13,592 nucleotides of DNA from Bdellovibrionota bacterium (GTDB lineage Bacteria > Bdellovibrionota_C > UBA2361 > OMIW01). The notes under the pieces were generated by a model. The model made no database searches. It had not been told where the DNA came from and was given only the letters and a program-made list of their open reading frames with translations. Positions within the stretch are counted from its first letter, which is position 1, and each line of letters starts with the position of its first letter. This document shows positions 1 to 7,132 of this stretch, in pieces. The position numbers and the translations under genes were made by a program. The DNA is taken from assembly GCA_044345055.1 (NCBI GenBank), contig JBIJBT010000074.1, positions 1 through 13,592 of the forward strand, read 5' to 3'.

Positions 1-65
1 TCCAGAAAAAGGGGCAAACCACTCATCGCAGCGATAGTGGTTAAAAAAGTGGGTCGAGCGCTCAT
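1..65 (-). CDS. Possible 5' end of the gene downstream of gspC (GspD secretin expected by synteny), truncated by the window edge
   Basis: ATG at 65 opens MSARPTFLTTIAAMSGLPLFL..., which looks like a signal peptide and runs off the window. gspD usually follows gspC. No diagnostic sequence is visible, and another frame from an ATG at about 102 is also open. Confidence 0.3.
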   Translation of the reverse strand, partial: MSARPTFLTTIAAMSGLPLFL

Positions 66-191
66 TTTTACCGCAACCTGTTCATTTCGTATGTATCTCA
101 TCGATAGCTGCTCTTAAAGGTATTGCCAGAGCCAATATTGCGCTGAATGTCACACGGTCTAGTCACACCGAAGCGAAATCCATCTTCTTCT

Positions 192-1079
192 TTACCTAAT
201 AACATAATTGTAGGTGACCGCTTCCCTGTTTCGCTCCAATACCAAACGCAAAGAGCGCTCAGATTTTAGCTGCTCAAACAATTTCATAGCCTGAGAAAAA
301 TCTCCGAGCTGATTACCATTTATCGTTTCTAATATGTCGCCATTTTCAAGCCCAATCTTCTCAAACAGGCTACCCGACTTTATGGCAAAAAGTCGAAGGC
401 CAACTGCCTGACCATTCTTGAAATAGGGGACAGCTCTAAGTTGAGTCAACAACACTGGTAGATTACTTAGGGCCTCATCAACATCGCGTTCTGCCACAAC
501 AATATTATTCAGTCCATCCGAACCACCACTTACAGCATCTGCATTCCCCTCATTAAGGGTAAGCTCAACACGATTTCCATCACGTTCAAGGAATACCCGA
601 TCTATCTCTATTGAGAGCAACCGTGCATCGTCGAATACAGAATCCGACACCGCAAAAACATCCTGCTCGTTCTTCTGCATCTGCTCGATTATCGCGTACG
701 AATCCTTAACCGAAGCGGCAACATACGTTCCGACCAATTTCAGCGCCATCGGAGGGCGTGTCACTGCGGGTGTTGGGGCGGCAGCAGGTGGCGCTATTCG
801 ACCAAGATCTCCAAATATCTTTTTATCGCCAAGACCTCGAATAAGACCCTCCCCCTTGCTTAGACTCGTCGTTATACGGGCGCTCGGCGAGTCGGCCTGA
901 ATCTCTCGAACCGCTGCAACAAGCGATGCTCGCTGCGTCTCAGTTTCAAGCCACATCCGCACGACATTGCGACCGAGAAGAACGATTGCAACAGCCCACA
1001 ACCCATACGCACATCGACGCAAAACTTTCGCAGCGAGCGCAATGTGGCCAGGAAGGATGCGAATCGTAAGATGGGTCAC
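192..1079 (-). CDS. gspC: Type II secretion system protein C with C-terminal PDZ domain
   Basis: N-terminal TM segment (YGLWAVAIVLLG), Pro/Ala linker, HR domain (LKLVGT...AIIE...DRVFLERDGNRVELTL) and PDZ domain (PYFKNGQAVGLRLFAIKSGSLFEKIGLENGDILETING). GTG start. Confidence 0.9.
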   Translation of the reverse strand: MTHLTIRILPGHIALAAKVLRRCAYGLWAVAIVLLGRNVVRMWLETETQRASLVAAVREIQADSPSARITTSLSKGEGLIRGLGDKKIFGDLGRIAPPAAAPTPAVTRPPMALKLVGTYVAASVKDSYAIIEQMQKNEQDVFAVSDSVFDDARLLSIEIDRVFLERDGNRVELTLNEGNADAVSGGSDGLNNIVVAERDVDEALSNLPVLLTQLRAVPYFKNGQAVGLRLFAIKSGSLFEKIGLENGDILETINGNQLGDFSQAMKLFEQLKSERSLRLVLERNREAVTYNYVIR

Positions 1080-1152
1080 TAATCAAGCCTTGAGAAGAAT
1101 ACGGCTAATACGCCTGAAGCCGTCCTTAAAAAACGCAGGGAACGATTTTTCA

Positions 1153-1246
1153 GCACCAACTAAAAATGAATCGCGCACGGGCTCACGATACCCGGTGCAA
1201 GGATTCTGAGTCCACCAAATAGTGAGGCCATTCGACCACATCGGGC
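1153..1246 (-). pseudogene. Degenerate tRNA-Leu-like sequence (anticodon position reads CAG)
   Basis: In order on the minus strand: GCCCGATGTGGTCGAATGG (acceptor 5' strand and D-arm-like), GGA-CTCAGAA-TCC (7-nt anticodon loop, CAG at 1208-1206), GGG...GTGAG-CCC (long variable arm-like), GTGCGCGATTCA (T-arm-like) and GTTGGTGC, which can pair with GCCCGAT. The T-stem is broken and spacings are non-canonical. Confidence 0.4.
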
Positions 1247-1299
1247 AAGAGGGACCCTGCACGTCCGTGAGGCACAACTAAGAAACTACATAGGAAATG

Positions 1300-2031
1300 C
1301 TATTTTCCGCCCGTACCCATCCGCTGGGCGTCAAGCCGCTCTTGTCGACGCTGATTGCGATAGCGTACAGCAGCATTTTGCTCCTGCTTTAAATAAAATT
1401 CACCTATCAGCTCGTCCTGTTGAGCTAGTGTATTGAGAGCCTGATCTCGGAATGACGCTGCTTGTTCGACAAAAGGCGAGCTTGGATACTTCGTCAACAG
1501 CTGGTCAAACAATTCGACCGCTCGTTCGACGGGTGCTGTATCTCGTCCAACCCCACGAATAGAGAGCATCAAACTACGCCCATGCTGAAAGAGTGCGTAA
1601 GGTGCCGAAGCAGCACCGGGATAGGTCGTGATGAACTCTTCGTATGCTCCACCCGCATCTCCGAAAGCCCCTGAAAAAAAATGAGTATCAGCTATCTTAA
1701 GCAGGGCATATTCCGAAAATGGACCATCAGGGTATGAGCTGCGCAACGTTTGGAATCGCTCCCGCGAGGCTGAGTAGAGGCCTCGAGAAAAATGGAGTTG
1801 GGCCTGATTAAAAATCTCGCGCTCCGATTCATCAGCAACCGGAAGACTCGCCTTGGTCACCTCCCGTGGCGCATTCTTATCGACCGAGCTTGCGCTTGAT
1901 CCACACCCCGCGAGAACACCTAGGGCAATTGCCATCGATATCCTCGGCAGGCACCTCTTGCGGGAGGGCATCACGACAGCTGAGCGATCATCCATACAAA
2001 GTTTCCAACAGAAACCGATACCAAGAGCCAT
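1300..2031 (-). CDS. bamD: Outer membrane protein assembly factor BamD (YfiO/ComL family TPR lipoprotein)
   Basis: Lipobox LAG-C, TPR-like repeats (YPDGPFSEYALLKIADTHF; YEEFITTYP; FDQLLTKYPSSPF), GRDTAP motif and C-terminal ELIGEFYLK...AVRY. The true start may be the ATG at 1995 or 1971. Confidence 0.88.
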   Translation of the reverse strand: MALGIGFCWKLCMDDRSAVVMPSRKRCLPRISMAIALGVLAGCGSSASSVDKNAPREVTKASLPVADESEREIFNQAQLHFSRGLYSASRERFQTLRSSYPDGPFSEYALLKIADTHFFSGAFGDAGGAYEEFITTYPGAASAPYALFQHGRSLMLSIRGVGRDTAPVERAVELFDQLLTKYPSSPFVEQAASFRDQALNTLAQQDELIGEFYLKQEQNAAVRYRNQRRQERLDAQRMGTGGK

Positions 2032-2098
2032 TCATAGCCCCTCCCGGAGATCAAAGAATTTGAATTAAAGGCGCTCGAGTCGAATGCTTTCCTAAGTC

Positions 2099-4045
2099 TC
2101 ACCCCACCTGCGAAATTCCCTCTCCTGACTTCGCTGTTTCCTCTCCAACACCGAGTACTTCGACTATCCGCGCCACGATCCCTTGAGCGCTCAGGCCGTA
2201 ACGCTCCCGCTGCTCAGCCTGAGTACCATGCGAGACAAATTCATCGGGAACACCAATACGAATAAGCGGTCTCTGAAGAACGATACCGCGGTCCGAGAGA
2301 AGCTCTAAAACCGCGCTTCCAAATCCTCCCGGGAGGCAGTGATCCTCAATAGTACACACGAGCTGATGCCGCAGCGCCTCCGCCGTGAATAGCTCCTCAT
2401 CGAGCGGTTTAACGAACCTAGCATCCAACACCGTGCATGACAAACCATAGGCAGCCTGAAGATCCGCAGCCGCCCTCAACGCACTGTGCAGCGTTGTACC
2501 AATAGAGCACAAGAGGATATCGTCACCTCGCTGCACAATCCGCCCCTTCCCAAGCGGAATCTCTCGGAAAGGCTCATCGAGCGGAGCCCCAACACCAGCG
2601 CCTCGGGGATATCTGACCGCCACCGGTCCCGAGCAGTGATGTATCGCCGTGTACATTAAATGACGAAGCTCACTCTCATCGGAGGGGCACATAATCGTTA
2701 AGTGGGGAATCTCTCTCAGATAGGCAATATCATAAACTCCCTGATGGGTTTCCCCATCGTTACCGACCAGGCCAGCTCGATCAATCGCGAACACCACGGG
2801 AAGGCGCTGGATACAAACATCATGAACCACCTGATCGAACGCCCGCTGCAAGAACGTTGAGTAAATCGCGCAGATGGGCTTTAGCCCCTCACAAGCTAGG
2901 CCCGCCGCAAAGGTTACGGCGTGCTGTTCACAGATTCCCACGTCAAAAAAACGGGTCGGGTGAGCATTCTGAAAAAGATCAAGACCCGTCCCGCCCGACA
3001 TCGCTGCCGTAATAGCCACAATCGAGGGGTCTTCATGAGCAAGGGCAACCGCCGTCTCTGCGAACACAGTGGTGTAGGTGGGTGGAAGCCGAACCGGTTG
3101 AGTCGGCTGCTTCGGCACGCCGCTCGATGGATCAAAGAGCTGGACGGCATGCCAACCAACGGGGTCATCTTCTGCAAGCTGATACCCTTTGCCCTTCACG
3201 GTGTGCACATGAACCAAAACCGGAATCTCCTGACTTTTTGCATGCTCAAAGGCGGTGAGCAGCTCCGTCATGTTGTGACCATCAACAGGGCCGATATATC
3301 GAAATCCAAACGAATGAAAGAGCATCGCAGGGCTCGCGACAAATCCCTGAGCAGCATCCTCTGCACGATCGAGGGCCTTAAAGAGGAGCTCGGGCATGTA
3401 TCCCCGCTGAAAAAGACTCTTAATCCCCGAACGCGCATAGTTGGTAGCCGAGGATGTGAGCGCACGCGAGAAGAGCCACTTGAGCGCCCCCACGTTCGGC
3501 GAAATAGACATCTCATTATCATTGAGAACAACTATGAACCGTTTGAGGTTTAGCGAACCCGCATGATTGAGCGCCTCAAACGCCATTCCGGACGTCATCG
3601 CTCCATCCCCTATCACCGATACTACAAAAGTATCGGCATCTTTTTGCTGGTCGAGCGCAACACGCATCCCAACCCCGGCACTAATACTCGTGCCAGCATG
3701 CCCCGCACCAAACGCATCGTAGGGGCTCTCATCTCGCCGCAAAAACCCCGAGATACCGCCTTGCGTCCGAATTGATGCCAACTCCTTCCGGCGCCCAGTT
3801 AGCATTTTATGAATATACCCCTGGTGCCCGACATCCCAAATTAGCTTGTCTATAGGGGTAGAAAATGCGTAATGAAGCGCAACCGTCAGTTCAGCGACAC
3901 CAAGACTCGACGCAAAGTGCCCCCCCACTGAGGCCACAGTGCTTATCAGCTCCTCTCGCAGCTCAATCACAACAGTCCGCAAATCGTCGGCGGCGAGATC
4001 GCGGATTCCCGCAGGAAGCTCGAGCGAATCAATAAGCCTAGCCAT
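2099..4045 (-). CDS. dxs: 1-deoxy-D-xylulose-5-phosphate synthase
   Basis: GGHFASSLG, WDVGHQ, GHAGTSIS, TPP motif GDGAMTSG...LNDN, DVGICEQHA and DRAGLVGNDGETHQG. AGGAG RBS upstream of the ATG. Confidence 0.98.
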   Translation of the reverse strand: MARLIDSLELPAGIRDLAADDLRTVVIELREELISTVASVGGHFASSLGVAELTVALHYAFSTPIDKLIWDVGHQGYIHKMLTGRRKELASIRTQGGISGFLRRDESPYDAFGAGHAGTSISAGVGMRVALDQQKDADTFVVSVIGDGAMTSGMAFEALNHAGSLNLKRFIVVLNDNEMSISPNVGALKWLFSRALTSSATNYARSGIKSLFQRGYMPELLFKALDRAEDAAQGFVASPAMLFHSFGFRYIGPVDGHNMTELLTAFEHAKSQEIPVLVHVHTVKGKGYQLAEDDPVGWHAVQLFDPSSGVPKQPTQPVRLPPTYTTVFAETAVALAHEDPSIVAITAAMSGGTGLDLFQNAHPTRFFDVGICEQHAVTFAAGLACEGLKPICAIYSTFLQRAFDQVVHDVCIQRLPVVFAIDRAGLVGNDGETHQGVYDIAYLREIPHLTIMCPSDESELRHLMYTAIHHCSGPVAVRYPRGAGVGAPLDEPFREIPLGKGRIVQRGDDILLCSIGTTLHSALRAAADLQAAYGLSCTVLDARFVKPLDEELFTAEALRHQLVCTIEDHCLPGGFGSAVLELLSDRGIVLQRPLIRIGVPDEFVSHGTQAEQRERYGLSAQGIVARIVEVLGVGEETAKSGEGISQVG

Positions 4046-4117
4046 ACAGCTCCTAATTTTCAGATGATCGTTTCCAGATGAAGATTTTCTTCTCTTATTT
4101 GATTAGCAGAGCTTTAG

Positions 4118-4146
4118 AGTTTAGAATCCACACGGTAGTAACGCAA
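4118..4146 (-). promoter_or_regulatory. Candidate sigma70 promoter for dxs
   Basis: TTGCGT (4146-4141), 17-nt spacer, TAAACT (4123-4118), about 70 nt upstream of the dxs start. Confidence 0.5.
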
Positions 4147-4199
4147 GGAACGGGCCCTAAATTCGGCTCCAACGACCAGTTAGAAAGGGAGAACGCGAG

Positions 4200-4244
4200 A
4201 TGATTAAGGGCCACCAACAATCAGAGTTAGGGGGGGGGAAATGA
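4200..4244 (+). CDS. Candidate 14-aa leader ORF MIKGHQQSELGGGK containing a G9 tract
   Basis: AAAGGGAG RBS at 4184-4191, 8 nt before the ATG at 4200. The TGA at 4242-4244 overlaps the decarboxylase ATG at 4241 (ATGA). Confidence 0.4.
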   Translation: MIKGHQQSELGGGK

Positions 4245-5440
4245 ACGACACCCTCAATCCCATAGATCGAGATACCCTTCCACGGGTCGTTTACAACCTT
4301 GATGCTCTTGATAAGAACATCGCTCGAATGCGCGAGATAGAAAGTTTAGCGGGTGGCAAACTTACTATTCTATATGCTCTAAAAGCATCCTACGGGGTCC
4401 TTCCCTACTTTCGCGATAAAGGAATCATCGGCGAAGTCAGCTCACTTTCCGAAGCGCTCCTCAGCAACACTCATCTTGGAGGCAAAAGCCACGCCTTCTG
4501 TGTATCAATAAAAGATCGAGAGTGGGCCGCTATTTCACCCCTCATATCGCATATCTCGTTTAATTCTCTAAGCCAGGGCGAGCAGTTTCACTCTCGCGCT
4601 CAAAAAGAGGGCATCTCGTGCGGCTTGCGGATCAACCCCCGTCACTCGGTAGTATCGCAAGACGATTATCACGCCGATTACGACCCATGCAAAGCTGGAT
4701 GTCGCTTCGGTGCCGATGTAAACGAACTCCCTAAAGAGCTCCCAGAGTGGGTCAGCGGTCTCCATATGCACGCACTCTGCGAAAGTGGCGCGGAAGACTT
4801 CACCAACGTCCTCGCTGCGTTTGAACGAGGTGTTGGTCATCTCCTACCAAAACTCAAGTGGGTCAACCTAGGTGGAGGCCAACTCTGCACCTCCGATGAC
4901 TTTGATCGTGACAGTTTTACCACGGCTCTTCGCGAATTCTCCGCTCGTCATCCCCACCTCGCTCTCTATCTTGAACCGGGCGAAGCGTGGGTTTGGAATG
5001 GTGGAACGCTCGAATCTGAGGTCGTCGATATCGTCGAAGCTGCCGGAGTAAAAACCATTATCGTTGACTTCTCATTTCGGGCCCACGGCAGCGATTTCCT
5101 CGTCGGATCCGCGATGGAAACCCTCCCCCTAGAAGTCGATGGCTTCACACTGATTGAGGATAAAGCCTCAGCAACCGAAGGAAACGGTTTTCTTTATCAC
5201 TTCGGCGGCGCCTCATGTGCAATGTGCGACACCAAAGGAGTTTATCGCTCTGAGAAAGAAATTCGAAAAGGAGATATTCTCCGTTTTCGTAACATGGGCT
5301 TCTATTTTGATGTAACTTTCTCCTGGTTCAACGGCATAGTTCCCCCTTCTATCGTCTACCAACGAGGCGAAGAAACTCAAATCATCACCAAACGCGAACC
5401 AGAGCAATTCTTATCGGCAGTTCGATTACCGCGACTATAG
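4241..5440 (+). CDS. nspC: Carboxynorspermidine/carboxyspermidine decarboxylase-like PLP-dependent decarboxylase (fold type III), divergent
   Basis: PLP lysine in YALKA, HISFNSLSQ, CGLRINP, YDPCKAGCRFG, GLHMHALCE, KWVNLGGG, YLEPGEA and FNGIVPPSI, all typical of the NspC family. Confidence 0.8.
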   Translation: MNDTLNPIDRDTLPRVVYNLDALDKNIARMREIESLAGGKLTILYALKASYGVLPYFRDKGIIGEVSSLSEALLSNTHLGGKSHAFCVSIKDREWAAISPLISHISFNSLSQGEQFHSRAQKEGISCGLRINPRHSVVSQDDYHADYDPCKAGCRFGADVNELPKELPEWVSGLHMHALCESGAEDFTNVLAAFERGVGHLLPKLKWVNLGGGQLCTSDDFDRDSFTTALREFSARHPHLALYLEPGEAWVWNGGTLESEVVDIVEAAGVKTIIVDFSFRAHGSDFLVGSAMETLPLEVDGFTLIEDKASATEGNGFLYHFGGASCAMCDTKGVYRSEKEIRKGDILRFRNMGFYFDVTFSWFNGIVPPSIVYQRGEETQIITKREPEQFLSAVRLPRL

Positions 5441-5442
5441 CC

Positions 5443-5482
5443 AGTTTATCCGAGCAGTCCTAAAAAACGGCTCGGACAAACT
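5443..5482 (+). terminator. Hairpin right after the nspC-like stop; possible terminator or 3' stabilising stem
   Basis: AGTTT-A-TCCGAGC ... GCTCGGA-C-AAACT inverted repeat. Only a weak U-run follows. Confidence 0.4.
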
Positions 5483-5739
5483 TTCGCCCTCCGACACAGG
5501 ATCTAGAGCTAAAGCTCAGAATAGGATTATTGCGTTTAGATAATCTTTTCTTGGAGGATAACTAGTCTAATCCTACCCGAAACGATTAATTCCTTTACCT
5601 AACAATCGAATTCGATTATCCCCTTTTAAAAATAAATCTTTCTGTCTAAGCTATCGAAAAGTCACGCCGCCTGTATCAACAGACCTCAAAATAAAGCGAC
5701 TATTTTGACTACTGCTTCTATCAGCTAACAGGAATACTC

Positions 5740-6378
5740 ATGAGATCCTTTGCGTTAATAAAATCCCTCACACCGAACAATTTTGAGCCGAACTCACCCA
5801 CGATCGATTCACTCCAAGAATCAAACAAATCCCGTCGAAGCTTCCTCCAATCCTCGGCAACTCGATGCACCTTAGCCGCTTTGGCCCTAACAGGCTCTGC
5901 CTGCGGTGGTGGCGGTGGTGGATCGGATGCATTTGTGGGAGCGGCTATAGTAAATATCGATGCAGTCCCGCGAGAAACAGACCCAGGTAAGCGAGTTCAA
6001 GTTACCGCTCGAATTAATGAAGTCCACCCCGACGGTATATTTTTAAAGCTTCGCTATCCTGACGGCTTTTCCTATGCAACCGGTACAGCCTCCTTCAGCG
6101 CTCAAGATTCAGATCGGAAACTCACACCTCAATTTAACCAAACCGATGAAGTTGAAGGGACAACTTACCTCGTCTTCAACCTTACCCGCGCTCTATTCAC
6201 GGAAGAAAATGAAGGAACTTTGGTACTCGAGCTAAACTCCGACTCGGAAGTTCGTTCAGGAAAAATAGAGCTAGATGCTGATGTTAACGATCCAACTATA
6301 GCCGACCTTCAAGAATTCTCCGTAGAGAATCCTGAATTTAATGAACAGGATGAGATCACAATCACGGTAAAACGATAA
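5740..6378 (+). CDS. Hypothetical Tat-exported lipoprotein with a probable beta-sandwich domain
   Basis: AGGA RBS, twin-arginine motif SRRSFLQ, hydrophobic TLAALALTG, GSA-C lipobox-like site followed by a Gly6 linker, and an acidic mature region with alternating beta-strand patterns. Confidence 0.8.
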   Translation: MRSFALIKSLTPNNFEPNSPTIDSLQESNKSRRSFLQSSATRCTLAALALTGSACGGGGGGSDAFVGAAIVNIDAVPRETDPGKRVQVTARINEVHPDGIFLKLRYPDGFSYATGTASFSAQDSDRKLTPQFNQTDEVEGTTYLVFNLTRALFTEENEGTLVLELNSDSEVRSGKIELDADVNDPTIADLQEFSVENPEFNEQDEITITVKR

Positions 6379-6538
6379 GGATTATAATCTTAGAGGATGA
6401 GGAATAAGGGGGTCCGAGGTGAGAGTGCCGCACCCTTAAAAGGCTATTAATTTAAATCCCCTTTCCAACCTCACCCGACCAATGACCTGAATCTATTCCT
6501 AGTTCAAGTTCTAAACACCTCTGTAAAAAACCAAATCC
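6379..6538 (-). ncRNA. Candidate rod-shaped structured RNA (6S-like size) in a convergent intergenic region
   Basis: Five nested complementary segments span the whole gap. Several mismatches resolve as G-U pairs only on the minus strand. Not verified against any covariance model. Confidence 0.3.
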
Positions 6539-6544
6539 GGTAGA

Positions 6545-7132
6545 TTAAAAATCCGGCCCAACCGACTCCTCAAATACTCTCCGAGCCGCCTCGTCAACCA
6601 ATGGGCCATAGACAGATTGTTGCTGTGAACGAGCTACTTCCCTATCGTTCAACCCAACAACATCCGAAGCCAACAATCCTGTTGAAGCAAAATCCCCCGT
6701 GCTCGTCTGAACCGCACTCCTCGTTGCAGCCGAATAGCGATTAACAACTAGTGAAGGATTATTCCATAAAATCTGGCCATTCAACCGACGCAGCTCAGCG
6801 GACAGAACCAAGGTGTTGTTAACCTGAAGTGCCTGATTAGTAGTGGAGGTACTTGTAACTGCTCCTCCATCAACTCGCTTAATAGAAGCGGTTAAAACCG
6901 CGTCTGCATCGTCAATACTATCAACGAGAGTAATTACACCCCCTCTGTCAAACCGATCCCTCAACGCTTCTGTAACCAAAACCGCAAGACGCGCGTCAGT
7001 ACTATTGTTCTTTACCTGCGCTACAAAAACCTTTCTAACCGATGAAGGTAGGATAGTAGTAGACCCCTGAAAGGAATAACCGCACCCAGTAACCAAGACC
7101 AAGAAGCTACAAACGCACGCCAAGCGAATCAC
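6545..7132 (-). CDS. lptE: LPS assembly lipoprotein LptE-family protein
   Basis: Lipobox VTG-C followed by GYSFQG, LPSSVRKVFV...NNS, VTEALRDRF and ADAVLTASI, the LptE pattern. GTG start overlaps the upstream stop (GTGA). Confidence 0.8.
   Translation of the reverse strand: MIRLACVCSFLVLVTGCGYSFQGSTTILPSSVRKVFVAQVKNNSTDARLAVLVTEALRDRFDRGGVITLVDSIDDADAVLTASIKRVDGGAVTSTSTTNQALQVNNTLVLSAELRRLNGQILWNNPSLVVNRYSAATRSAVQTSTGDFASTGLLASDVVGLNDREVARSQQQSVYGPLVDEAARRVFEESVGPDF

Noticed and set aside
1083..1277. 64-aa minus-strand ORF (MCLTDVQ...) between bamD and gspC
   Set aside because: TTG start with no RBS and no recognisable motif. The region is better explained by RNA structure or a tRNA relic, although its stop 3 nt before gspC means it cannot be fully excluded.
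2921..3553. 210-aa plus-strand ORF and other short ORFs overlapping dxs
   Set aside because: Antisense or alternate-frame shadows of a highly conserved gene, with no protein-like motifs.
4061..4081. Short direct repeat CAGATGA x2 in the dxs leader
   Set aside because: Only 7 bp in two copies and matches no TPP riboswitch or other motif I recognise; compatible with chance.
5904..5921. GGT/GGC repeat run
   Set aside because: Encodes the Gly6 linker after the lipoprotein Cys and is not an independent repeat element.
4200..6540. Plus-strand two-gene block as a mobile island
   Set aside because: No integrase, transposase, terminal repeats or target duplication visible. Opposite orientation alone is insufficient.
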